Shown one piece after another: positions 40,440 through 49,700 of a stretch of 64,000 nt of DNA. The notes beneath the pieces were generated by a model. The model saw only the letters and a list, made by a program, of their open reading frames with translations. It had not been told where the DNA came from and ran no database searches. The position numbers were made by a program, and so were the translations under genes. The DNA lies in IMG/VR virus record IMGVR_UViG_3300033144_006696, positions 59,867-123,866 of that record; one strand, 5' to 3'. This DNA is from a virus. Numbering within the stretch: the first letter of the stretch is position 1; each line of letters starts with the position of its first letter.

Positions 40440-41366
40440 CTATTTTCGACGACGACGTTTCTTCCGATCAACAGGACGTTTTCTTTGAACTTTTTTCTTT
40501 GGAGGATCATCATCAAATGGCATATCATCAGGCATATCATCAGGCATATCATCAGACATATCATCAGGCATATCATCAGGCATATCATTTTCCAGAAGAT
40601 TCATAATCTTCAAAGTTGCTTTAAGCTCTTTTTTAATAATATCATATTCAGGATGCATATTCACAATATTATCAAGAGGGAAAGTAGAATCAAGAATTCT
40701 GTTTGGTATTGGTGATTCACGTTCTACAAAGCGATGACCCAAGAATTGTGTGTTTTCCATTCCAGAACCTTTACGAGTCCATGCCAATGATTTGCCTGTA
40801 TCTGGATGTGAGAAATTTTCAAATCCTCCACCTCTTGGAAGTTGTGCAATTTCTTCAATCTTCTCTTCCATGAAGAAATGAGATGCTTCAAAAATCTGTA
40901 CTCCTTTCTTCTCATCTTCTTTTGTAGCGTGTGACCAGATCAAATATACAACTCGGTGCTTGGCAACAAGTTTTTTCCAATCTTTCTTATCAAGACGATT
41001 TGCTTTGATAAATTCACAGATAGGACAAGGTTCACCAAAATTTTCATATGGACAGACATATGGTTTTTTCATTTTTCCAACATTCTGATGTACAAACAAA
41101 TCAAGAACATAATCAAGATTGCCTTCAGGTGTTATAGGTTTAAGTTTTTCATCAAATGGCATATTTGAACCAGCTTCAAACGGTAAGATATCAAGAAGAT
41201 GTTTCCCTTCTGCACACTTCCAGAACTCTACTCCTTCTGGAACCTTATTTTTATCAAATATTGTTGGATATCGTCCCCCTCCACTAGTCTTTTTTGTTCC
41301 TGCATTATGACGTTTTTGAAGAGTTCTTTCACCTTTGTTTTTTGCCATTCTATCGCGAAACGACAT
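40440..41366 (-). CDS. single-stranded DNA-binding protein (gp32-like)
   Basis: LFVHQNVG, YVCPYENFGEPCPICE; acidic tail; adjacent to recA. Confidence 0.75.
   Translation of the reverse strand: MSFRDRMAKNKGERTLQKRHNAGTKKTSGGGRYPTIFDKNKVPEGVEFWKCAEGKHLLDILPFEAGSNMPFDEKLKPITPEGNLDYVLDLFVHQNVGKMKKPYVCPYENFGEPCPICEFIKANRLDKKDWKKLVAKHRVVYLIWSHATKEDEKKGVQIFEASHFFMEEKIEEIAQLPRGGGFENFSHPDTGKSLAWTRKGSGMENTQFLGHRFVERESPIPNRILDSTFPLDNIVNMHPEYDIIKKELKATLKIMNLLENDMPDDMPDDMSDDMPDDMPDDMPFDDDPPKKKVQRKRPVDRKKRRRRK
40519..40588. repeat. 12-bp tandem repeat encoding (DMPD)n
   Basis: About six GGCATATCATCA units. Confidence 0.9.
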
Positions 41367-41369
41367 ATT

Positions 41370-41897
41370 TTAATTCCTTTTTATCTTTTTACGTTTACGG
41401 GATATTACCCTTATACCTTTGTCTTTTTCTTCATTTAATACTTGTCTCTGTGCTATTCCAACTTTACCTCCTTTTGATATTTGTCTGACTTTATTTTTTG
41501 GTTCAGAATAAAAACCACTTATTTTCAGTGATACTAAATTACTTAATGCCAGTTTCCTGTGATCAAAGGAAGTTTTTACATTAAGAAAAATATTAGCATT
41601 TCTAGTTGCTTTAATAAATGTCAATTCAGCTTCTCTATATTTTGGATTTCTGGTTATCCATTCCTTTATTGCAGCTTCAGTTGGTTTGGAATCAAAATGC
41701 TTTTTCCAATCCTTTTTAACCTCATCATACAATATTGAATGCGTATAATCCAATTCAGACTTTTTTAAATCCTTTTGATAAATTGCTTCTGCATGACTTT
41801 CACTATAATACAAATAATAAGATGGTTGTGTTAGCCATTCATTTTCCAAATTACAAGGATCAATAAGGATCTCTTTTGCATAATCATGATCTTTCAT
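41370..41897 (-). CDS. UvsY-like recombination mediator
   Basis: Helical; KPTEAAIKEWI motif; next to SSB and recA. Confidence 0.55.
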   Translation of the reverse strand: MKDHDYAKEILIDPCNLENEWLTQPSYYLYYSESHAEAIYQKDLKKSELDYTHSILYDEVKKDWKKHFDSKPTEAAIKEWITRNPKYREAELTFIKATRNANIFLNVKTSFDHRKLALSNLVSLKISGFYSEPKNKVRQISKGGKVGIAQRQVLNEEKDKGIRVISRKRKKIKRN

Positions 41898-42067
41898 ACC
41901 ATATAACCTTCAAGTTCTTCTTTCTCTACAAACCAAGGCTCAATTTCCACTACTAAATCATCATAGTCATTAATTACTGATTTTGGTATCCAAACATCTC
42001 TCTCATCAAAATAAAATAAAACCGCATCATCTGTTTCATGACTAACACCATCATGGCAAATTTCCAT
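41894..42067 (-). CDS. small acidic protein (57 aa)
   Basis: Read manually: HETDDAVLF...VWIPKS...EPWFVEKE. Confidence 0.65.
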   Translation of the reverse strand: MEICHDGVSHETDDAVLFYFDERDVWIPKSVINDYDDLVVEIEPWFVEKEELEGYMV

Positions 42068-44169
42068 TATTCACCCCCAAACACAGATTTATAACAAGCT
42101 AAAGTTAATCCTGCTTTCCCAGAATCAAAGAAATTATTCTCAAAATTTTCCATCATGAAAAATATATTGTCATCACCATTATTAAGCATGATAGAATTCA
42201 TGTACATTAATATTGGCCTTCTTGCTGATTCACCATCACCTTTAAAATCTTTTAGGATTTTTTTAATCTTTGCCCATTTTGTTTTTGGAGGCATATTGTA
42301 ATGTGAAAGAGTTCTGCAAATTTCAATAACCTCAGTTTCACTGGTTCCTGCTGATTTAAGGGTATTAATGGCACGTTCAGAATCATCCATATCAATTACT
42401 TGATCAAGAAGTTTCAATGCTTGCCCTGCTGAACCATCTGCAAGCTCAATGATGTGATCTCTTACATCCATTGAAATACATTCGCGTTTTTCTTTCTTTA
42501 AAATCATTCTGAAAAGTTTTTGAAGATCAGAACTTTTCAGAAATTCAAGTTCATACGTGTGACATCTACGTTTTAAAGTGGATTTTAACGCTTCTGGATT
42601 CGTTGTACACAAAATCCAATGCACATATGCAGGAGGTTCTTCAAGTGCCTTAAGTAAACTTTCCTGTGCAATTTTTGTTATAGAGTGACAATTGTGAACC
42701 ATATTTCCATTTGCAATATAAGAATGATTTTCTTTTACTTGCAAATCATAGAACTCTACAAAGCCTTGATCTCTTTCTTTATGTCCAATAATACTTGAGA
42801 AAGATTCATCATTACTTCCTCGTTTGTAAATCTCAACACTTTCCACCCTTTCCATCGAAGAAGAGACTCTTTCTTTTTGTCCAGTTTTCGTCTCTGAATA
42901 GAGTTGTGTCCCTTTCCGTCTATTTCTATTGCAATCTTTAATTTTGGATTTCCCAAATCCACTTTGTAAGAAGTTGGAATTCTTTTTTTGCGGCACCAAA
43001 CTTCCCGTTGTTTCATAGGCAAATGATCTGCTGTTTTCACTGCAACTTCTGATTGCCAAGCTAATGCAGCCATTAATAATTTCTGTGGTTCTGTCAACTG
43101 ACCATTCCCACCACGCTTTCCTTTCCAAACATGAAGAGTTCCATTTACTCTTTTTGTTTCTATTGCCTTCTCTTTCACACCAGAAAGATTCATCGGATTG
43201 TTTTCCTTCATACGTTCTGATGATTTTTGTGCAAATTCCTTGCCTTCTTTTGTTTGATAAAAATCTAAAGACTTTTTGCTTATTTTTTCCCTTGTCTCTT
43301 TTGATCGTCCAGTTTTCTTTACACAACTTTTTGCATATTTCCCTGAACAACTTTTTGAGCAAAATTTTCGTGTCTTTCGATCTGTGGTAAATATCTTTTT
43401 GCACCATAAACAACTTTTTGAATCTAAAACACTTTTTTCTTTTAATGATTCTCTGTAAAATGCTGAACAACTGTTTGAACAAAACTTTCTGCTTTTGTTC
43501 TTCGGAAAAAATTCCTTTTCGCAAAATTGACATATCTTTTTGTAAGTCATTTTGTACCTCGCATAGTGAACTTGTGTTAATCATAGGTTCACTATACCTT
43601 ACAAGAAGTATGTTTGTCAAGTCTTTTGCTTTAATCCAATTACCATCAAGATAATACTCCTGATCTTCAGAACAAAATGTACTTGACCCGTCAGATTTAT
43701 TGATTTTAATAACCCTACTTAAAGGAACTTTGTTAATAAATACTTTCTCAACAATATCAGTTCCATTTAAGTTAAAAACTGCGTCATTAACTTTAATTAA
43801 ATCAATTCTCTTTTGTCCTTCTGAAGTTGGTATTGAAGTACAAGCACTAAAGCACTCATCTAATAGAATAACTTTTTTAGTTCCTGATAAAGGTGCAAAC
43901 TTCATTGATTGAATTAATCCCCTTACCCCATCAATACCTCTATCATCAGCAGCATTTAATTCTTTAAAATCAGCATCAGAACATTTTAAAGCTCTTTTGA
44001 TAACTCTTCCCATACTGGTTTTCCCGGTCCCAGATCCCCCAGTGAATAAAAATGCAGCAGGAGGATTATCTCTTTTTAAAACAGCAGAGAGACTTTTTTT
44101 AACATCATCATTTCCAATAAAAGTTTTAAATGATTTTGGTCTGTAAAATGTTGCTAATCCTGCCATCAC
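42067..44169 (-). CDS. dnaX: clamp loader, DNA polymerase III gamma/tau-like, containing an intein
   Basis: YRPKSF, GGSGTGKT, LLDE|CH Walker B split by the intein, LLKALEEPP, LKRRC. Confidence 0.9.
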   Translation of the reverse strand: MMAGLATFYRPKSFKTFIGNDDVKKSLSAVLKRDNPPAAFLFTGGSGTGKTSMGRVIKRALKCSDADFKELNAADDRGIDGVRGLIQSMKFAPLSGTKKVILLDECFSACTSIPTSEGQKRIDLIKVNDAVFNLNGTDIVEKVFINKVPLSRVIKINKSDGSSTFCSEDQEYYLDGNWIKAKDLTNILLVRYSEPMINTSSLCEVQNDLQKDMSILRKGIFSEEQKQKVLFKQLFSILQRIIKRKKCFRFKKLFMVQKDIYHRSKDTKILLKKLFREICKKLCKENWTIKRDKGKNKQKVFRFLSNKRRQGICTKIIRTYEGKQSDESFWCEREGNRNKKSKWNSSCLERKAWWEWSVDRTTEIINGCISLAIRSCSENSRSFAYETTGSLVPQKKNSNFLQSGFGKSKIKDCNRNRRKGTQLYSETKTGQKERVSSSMERVESVEIYKRGSNDESFSSIIGHKERDQGFVEFYDLQVKENHSYIANGNMVHNCHSITKIAQESLLKALEEPPAYVHWILCTTNPEALKSTLKRRCHTYELEFLKSSDLQKLFRMILKKEKRECISMDVRDHIIELADGSAGQALKLLDQVIDMDDSERAINTLKSAGTSETEVIEICRTLSHYNMPPKTKWAKIKKILKDFKGDGESARRPILMYMNSIMLNNGDDNIFFMMENFENNFFDSGKAGLTLACYKSVFGGE
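42691..43854 (-). mobile_element. intein (388 aa) at the DE/CH site with an out-of-frame nested endonuclease
   Basis: C1 CFSACTSI; ends FYDLQVKENHSYIANGNMVHN followed by Cys+1; central region reads as off-frame sequence. Confidence 0.9.
42756..43550 (-). CDS. DUF559/Vsr-like endonuclease with zinc-ribbon repeats, nested in the +1 frame of the intein
   Basis: CxxC...FCSxSC twice; YKVDLG, IAIEIDGKGH, DKKKESLLRWKGWKVLRFTNEEV; own SD GAGGT 5 nt before ATG. Confidence 0.88.
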   Translation of the reverse strand: MTYKKICQFCEKEFFPKNKSRKFCSNSCSAFYRESLKEKSVLDSKSCLWCKKIFTTDRKTRKFCSKSCSGKYAKSCVKKTGRSKETREKISKKSLDFYQTKEGKEFAQKSSERMKENNPMNLSGVKEKAIETKRVNGTLHVWKGKRGGNGQLTEPQKLLMAALAWQSEVAVKTADHLPMKQREVWCRKKRIPTSYKVDLGNPKLKIAIEIDGKGHNSIQRRKLDKKKESLLRWKGWKVLRFTNEEVMMNLSQVLLDIKKEIKAL

Positions 44170-44417
44170 TTCTCCTTTTTAGGAATATACCCTGCACATG
44201 TTAATGCTTCATGCCTGGGTGCTTTGCACACAATGCCAAAATTTCTACAGTATTCATTTTCTTGATGAATACATCCATTGCCAAAATTACATTGTTCTTC
44301 CCACTTAAAGAGAATTTCACCAATAAATCTGGATCTTGATACTCCTTTTTTTTTTGCACAATCCCTAAGTTTTTTTTCTAATGGTTCTGGGATCGTGATG
44401 CTGAAGGTCATTCCCAT
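44166..44417 (-). CDS. RHH/CopG-like regulator with Cys-rich tail
   Basis: TFSITIPEPLEKKLRDCAKKKGVSRSRFI. Confidence 0.7.
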   Translation of the reverse strand: MGMTFSITIPEPLEKKLRDCAKKKGVSRSRFIGEILFKWEEQCNFGNGCIHQENEYCRNFGIVCKAPRHEALTCAGYIPKKEK

Positions 44418-44516
44418 TTTTTCACCTATTTATATGATTGACTAATCATTAAAATTCACAGCTAAAATTATTATAATGATTTCTTAATGAAAAGTCAATC
44501 ATTAATTAATAAGAAT

Positions 44517-44828
44517 TTAATTAATTTCGACTTCATTCATCAATTCTTTATACGATTTAGACAATTTGAAGGAAACAGAAGCTTTTGCAGGGACATCAAC
44601 AGATTTTCCAGTTGCTGGATTTCTTGCTTTACGTGCAGCTCTCTCTTTATATTTAAAAATTCCAAGATCATTAATCCTTACATTTTCACCTTTACTTGTT
44701 TGTTCTTTGAGTGCTTCAACAAAAGATTCAATCACATCATTGGTTTGTTTTTGAGTGACAGTTTCATCATCAACATACGCATAAACTTCTTTGGTAAATT
44801 CCTTGTAATTCATAGTAACTTTCTCCAT
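44517..44828 (-). CDS. HU/IHF-family DNA-binding protein
   Basis: VRINDLGIF, ARKARNPATG, VPAKASVSFK. Confidence 0.92.
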   Translation of the reverse strand: MEKVTMNYKEFTKEVYAYVDDETVTQKQTNDVIESFVEALKEQTSKGENVRINDLGIFKYKERAARKARNPATGKSVDVPAKASVSFKLSKSYKELMNEVEIN

Positions 44829-44920
44829 TGATTAATTGTTTATTTCTCAAACATAAAAACACTATACAACAAACTGATTAATAAATCATTAACTTTTTAT
44901 TTTATTTTTAACTTAATTTG

Positions 44921-47900
44921 TTAATACATTTTATTTATTTGATCAATATCTATCTCCTCCATAAAGGCAAAATTACCTCCTTCCTCTTTTAATTTTGATA
45001 ATTCAAATTCCATTTCAATAGGAACAATTAACCATTTGAACTTATTTTTAAGATTTTTAACAATATCATTTACACCATTTAAAATAAATTTGATTTCTTC
45101 TTTATGTAGGTTAAAAATTATTGAATCGTGCACTTGGCCAGTTATTTTGGTTTTACATTTATTTTTTCTGAGGAATTTTTCAACTTCGATCAAAGTAAAT
45201 AATAATAAATGAAAACTGGTAGATTGTATAGGAAAATTGGTGCATTGCTTCTTATTCATGTATCCAGTAAATCTGAATCCAAAATATGTTTCAATAAAAC
45301 CATACCTTTGATAAGACTCAACTATGTTCTCTTTCCATTCTGTATAAACTGGAAATCTTTCTTTCCACATTTTACTTTCAATATTTTTACAATGTTCAAG
45401 GAATGAACCAGGAGTTGGTTCATATTTTATCATTTCCCCAAGTTCATATATTCCTTGACCTTCAAGCCAATGTTTTACTGTTTCACCATTTGGAAGTGTT
45501 AATCCAGCTTCTACTACATTTTCCCATAAATTCGGAGCACATGACCCAAACCAATCACCATAAAATTGAGCAAATGTCCAATTATTCTTGGCATAAAATC
45601 GAATATTTTTGATCATTTTTATTTGAGCTTTGCTATACCCAGGATAATGTTTATTCATTAGTTTAAGTGGTAATTTAAACAATTCCATTGCCAGATCACG
45701 ATGCATGTCCCCCTGAGTTACGTCAAAAATAAACGTAGGGTCTTTATGATATGCTGCCGAAGTTATTATTTCAGCACCAGAAAAATCACACTCACACAAA
45801 ACACAATTTTTTGAAGGAACTATGCCTTTTCGTACTAATGCTTTAATTTCGGGATTTCTGGCAGGAAGATTTTGGTGATTTGGCTTACTGGATGAATTAT
45901 GCACACAAATTTCATTTACAAAAAAGTTATGACAATCCTCAACTTCAATATCATAAACATCAGTTTTTTTACCTATCCACTCAATCTTAGTTATTATATG
46001 ATTTCCAGGTTTAAACTCTCCGAATTGATTTCTCCATTTCCTCTTTGAATCAATTCCATAATAATCATATAATTCAAGTAATCTATAATGGTTATGACCA
46101 AGAATATCTTTAACTTTTGCCCTTCCAAGTTTTGATAAGTCTTCAAGTCTTTGTTTTGATATAAATTTATCATGTTTATCAAAACATAAGTTTATTTTTT
46201 TCCAATTAATTTTATTAATTACAAGATATTTTTTGAATGTACTAAAATCTATTGAAAATTTATCTGCTGTTTTTTTTGGTTTGCCAGCACATTCCATTAA
46301 CATACAAACACACTGATCTTTTGATAAATTAAATGATCGTGGATTATCTTTGCCTCTTTTTATTGTGTGATCATATCTTCCTTCTTTCCATCCTTTCTTA
46401 ACTGCTTTAATATTATTTATTCTTGACTTCTTTGAACATATAGTATCTTTACTGTGTAACTTTGCATGACTTGATTTTGTATGTTTTTCAAGATTTAATG
46501 GATTATGATTAAAATGATTTTTATCTTTATGGTGAACAATGTCACCACATGTCAATTCACCTATAAAATTTTCATAAATTAATCTATGCTCTAATACGCC
46601 CTTTCCACCTTGTAAATGTCCTGTAAAATTTAATTTATCTCCACTTCTTTTACATGCTAAAGCCCTACAATTTCCATCCTTTGCTTTACTTTTTTTATAG
46701 TGTTGTTTTTTTAAGAGGTTTTGAGCTTCTACATACTTACCATTTATTAATCTAACTTTATGCTCAGGTGTGCAATCAAAATGTCCATGACCACCTTTTC
46801 TATAATAATAAACACGAATTATTTCCCTGTGTCCTGTTTTTCCTTGCCATAATACTTTTTTAATTGCAGGATTTAATTCATTATCAAAACAATATACATA
46901 ATCACCAACTTTAATGTCTTTTATTGGGATTCCTTCTGGATGTAATTCAAAATCTTTCGCCACAAGAACTTTTTCATATTCAGCAATACAGGAACGGTAA
47001 CTTACTGGAATATGAAGATCCCAAAACGGATGAATAATACCTTTATAAACTTCTCTTGCAAATTGTGCAAGATAGGTTCCTTTTGCTTTCTCAAGCTTTT
47101 TCATTTGAATAAGTTTATCAACAAATGGCAAATTTAAAGATTCAAGAGTCAATGCATCTGTTTTGTAATTATTATTTGCTGTATATACTGGAGTTTTACC
47201 AAGCACTTCATAAAAAAGTTTGCCAAGATCAGTATTTGATGTAATGTTTATTTCTTTTCCAATTTGTTCTTTAAATTTTTTTGCTTCTCTACCTTCAGTT
47301 AATTCCTTCTTTGTTATGTCAATTCTTTCTTTTAATTCAACATTTGTCTTTTTGTAATACTCAGTATTAACAGTGATACCATTGAGTTGTATAGTTCCCA
47401 TTGTACGGATTCCACGCATAAAGAACTTAAAAGCATTATGTAATTTATCCATTTTTGAAAAATAAGCTTTTTGATCATTATAAAGCATGTATGTGAAAAT
47501 ACAATCAAGACCATTATAAACCAAAAGATCTTTTAAAGGTACTTTCTCTACTGTATTAAACTCTGTGCCTTTTTTTGATTTTAGAAAAGGTGATATTGAG
47601 TCATCGTAAGGGCGAACACCATATCGTACAAATGCTTGAAACTTCAAACCTATTGCAGCAGCTCTATTATCAGTGCATTTTTGACCAATCATCGTACAAT
47701 GAATTACATTTCTTATACGAGTTCCAATTTGAATGGCTGACCACATGTCCTCAAATTTTGCATTGTGCGCTATCTTTTCAATATCTTTATGTGCAAGAAT
47801 TTCTTTCCATAATGCTTTGATTTCACTTAATTCACTTTTTGTCCAGAAAGAATTAAAATCAAATGGAAATGCATATGCTTTTTTTGCTGATATTGCAAGA

Positions 47901-48685
47901 GCTATCGTAACTATTTTGTGTCCATTACGATATGGTTTCAAACCAGTTGTCTCATAATCAAAAGCAATTTTTTGTTTTCTTTTTATGACTCGTTTTAAGA
48001 GTGATTTAACGTCGATAAAGTTTGTAAGAGTGACAACATACTTCTCAAAGTTTGTTTGCTTCTTATACGTCTTATTTAAACATGTATTAATGAGTTTTAG
48101 ATCTCGTTTAAACGTAGAATGTAGATTTTTGTCTTTATCTTTTTTAACAAGTTCCCATGGATGAAATAATGGAAGTACATAACACTTAAATTTTTCATCT
48201 GGAATTTGAAATGCACGCCAACGCATTATTTTACGATTGGAAAAGTTTTCACCAAATACAGATGTTATTGCAATACTCCCAAGTAGTACAATAAGTTTTG
48301 GTTTAAGTTTAAGAATTGTCCTTTGTATCATTGGATAACAACAAGAAATTTCTTTATGTGAAGGGATTCTATCATGTGGAGTTCTACAATTTACAGCTCC
48401 AATTTTCCAACAATCCTTATGCAGTGAAATTTTTATATGTCTTAGTTCTTTTTTTAGGAAATCACCATTTTCACCAACAAGATGAATCCCAAACTCATCT
48501 TCTTCTTGTCTTGGAGCTTCCCCAATTATCAGAATCCTTTTTACACCTTCACCAGTAACATCTAATTTAGGATGCAAACAATTTTTATATAATCCACATT
48601 TTCCACAATCAGGAGTTAATTGGTTTATATCAATTTTTTTCTTTGTTTTTTTAACTAATTCACTTTTGGTAAAAAATCCAACCAC
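44921..48685 (-). CDS. polA: family A DNA polymerase with N-terminal UDG-like and 3'-5' exonuclease domains, containing an intein
   Basis: CGKCGL, IIGEAP (UDG family 4-like); FDYETTG; RS|SSSKPNHQNLP split; CDFSGAEI; NFPIQST; QVHDSI. Confidence 0.92.
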   Translation of the reverse strand: MVGFFTKSELVKKTKKKIDINQLTPDCGKCGLYKNCLHPKLDVTGEGVKRILIIGEAPRQEEDEFGIHLVGENGDFLKKELRHIKISLHKDCWKIGAVNCRTPHDRIPSHKEISCCYPMIQRTILKLKPKLIVLLGSIAITSVFGENFSNRKIMRWRAFQIPDEKFKCYVLPLFHPWELVKKDKDKNLHSTFKRDLKLINTCLNKTYKKQTNFEKYVVTLTNFIDVKSLLKRVIKRKQKIAFDYETTGLKPYRNGHKIVTIALAISAKKAYAFPFDFNSFWTKSELSEIKALWKEILAHKDIEKIAHNAKFEDMWSAIQIGTRIRNVIHCTMIGQKCTDNRAAAIGLKFQAFVRYGVRPYDDSISPFLKSKKGTEFNTVEKVPLKDLLVYNGLDCIFTYMLYNDQKAYFSKMDKLHNAFKFFMRGIRTMGTIQLNGITVNTEYYKKTNVELKERIDITKKELTEGREAKKFKEQIGKEINITSNTDLGKLFYEVLGKTPVYTANNNYKTDALTLESLNLPFVDKLIQMKKLEKAKGTYLAQFAREVYKGIIHPFWDLHIPVSYRSCIAEYEKVLVAKDFELHPEGIPIKDIKVGDYVYCFDNELNPAIKKVLWQGKTGHREIIRVYYYRKGGHGHFDCTPEHKVRLINGKYVEAQNLLKKQHYKKSKAKDGNCRALACKRSGDKLNFTGHLQGGKGVLEHRLIYENFIGELTCGDIVHHKDKNHFNHNPLNLEKHTKSSHAKLHSKDTICSKKSRINNIKAVKKGWKEGRYDHTIKRGKDNPRSFNLSKDQCVCMLMECAGKPKKTADKFSIDFSTFKKYLVINKINWKKINLCFDKHDKFISKQRLEDLSKLGRAKVKDILGHNHYRLLELYDYYGIDSKRKWRNQFGEFKPGNHIITKIEWIGKKTDVYDIEVEDCHNFFVNEICVHNSSSKPNHQNLPARNPEIKALVRKGIVPSKNCVLCECDFSGAEIITSAAYHKDPTFIFDVTQGDMHRDLAMELFKLPLKLMNKHYPGYSKAQIKMIKNIRFYAKNNWTFAQFYGDWFGSCAPNLWENVVEAGLTLPNGETVKHWLEGQGIYELGEMIKYEPTPGSFLEHCKNIESKMWKERFPVYTEWKENIVESYQRYGFIETYFGFRFTGYMNKKQCTNFPIQSTSFHLLLFTLIEVEKFLRKNKCKTKITGQVHDSIIFNLHKEEIKFILNGVNDIVKNLKNKFKWLIVPIEMEFELSKLKEEGGNFAFMEEIDIDQINKMY
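45896..46990 (-). mobile_element. intein (365 aa) with HNH endonuclease
   Basis: C1 CIAEYEKV; CTPEH block B; EHRLIY...VHHKDKNHFNHNPLNL; VYDIEVEDCHNFFVNEICVHN followed by Ser+1. Confidence 0.92.
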
Positions 48686-48699
48686 TTTACAATACCTCC

Positions 48700-49698
48700 T
48701 TATGAAAAAAATAAAGTAAGCAAAGAGAAACTATTTCCAGTTTGTAGTTTTGCTTTATCATCACCAACAGTAATAGTTGCTGAATGAGACATCATCTCTT
48801 TGAGAAAATCTGGATTTATTGTAAAATTAATTTCTTCACCATTATATTTGATTTTTGATCTGTGAGTAATAGTTCCTGCATCTGAATTTGAAGACAGCAT
48901 ACAAAAACCTTTAGTGATCTTGAATTTGATAGCAGGGTCAGAATCCCCAGCCAGGATGGATGTTAAATTAATACCTTCTAGAATTTCTTTTGGAAGATTT
49001 ATTTCTTTTCCATCAAAATTAAAGAACTGAAGATAATCAGGAAATTCCCCAGTAATCTTTCTAATTGAGAAAATACAATTATCAGCATTTTTAAAATGAA
49101 GCCAAGACTTAGTGATTGAGTATTGTTTAGGTTGTATAGTATCAAGGTTTTTAATTTCAGATGCTTTAATGAACATATCATCCATTTCTTCTGTCAATAT
49201 TGCATGAGAAATCCTGTTATTATCAGATGATATGCAGTTTTTCCCATCAATATTTACACAGGTAAGAGTTCCATCAGAATCTTTTGTAGATGTAGAGGGT
49301 AAACAGAGGATTATACTATTACAAAAGTTTTCTGGTAAGGATTTCCATTTTACTTTTTTTAGGGAATCAGAAACATTTTTAATTTTCTCTATCATCTCTG
49401 AATCATTTATTGTATTTAGATTGGCTTTAAGAGTTTTGCAGGTTAAATTTAATTTATTATTTTTTTCTTCAATCTTAATTTCTTTTTCGGTGAGTTTGGA
49501 AATTAATTTATAAAGATCCTGTGCTTTTACAAACAAATTAAATTCAGATTTGAACGGATGTTGAATGGATATTTGATCATTATAAGTAATGATATCTGTA
49601 CCAGAAAAATAAAAATAGGTCATACTTTCAATAACATTTTTTGAAGCAATTCCCGGTTTTACCATTTCTAAAACAGTTAATAATTCTTTTGTTTTCAT
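48700..49698 (-). CDS. DNA sliding clamp (beta-clamp-like)
   Basis: 332 aa; GEFPDY and FTINPDFL motifs; adjacent to polA. Confidence 0.75.
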   Translation of the reverse strand: MKTKELLTVLEMVKPGIASKNVIESMTYFYFSGTDIITYNDQISIQHPFKSEFNLFVKAQDLYKLISKLTEKEIKIEEKNNKLNLTCKTLKANLNTINDSEMIEKIKNVSDSLKKVKWKSLPENFCNSIILCLPSTSTKDSDGTLTCVNIDGKNCISSDNNRISHAILTEEMDDMFIKASEIKNLDTIQPKQYSITKSWLHFKNADNCIFSIRKITGEFPDYLQFFNFDGKEINLPKEILEGINLTSILAGDSDPAIKFKITKGFCMLSSNSDAGTITHRSKIKYNGEEINFTINPDFLKEMMSHSATITVGDDKAKLQTGNSFSLLTLFFS

Positions 49699-49700
49699 AG

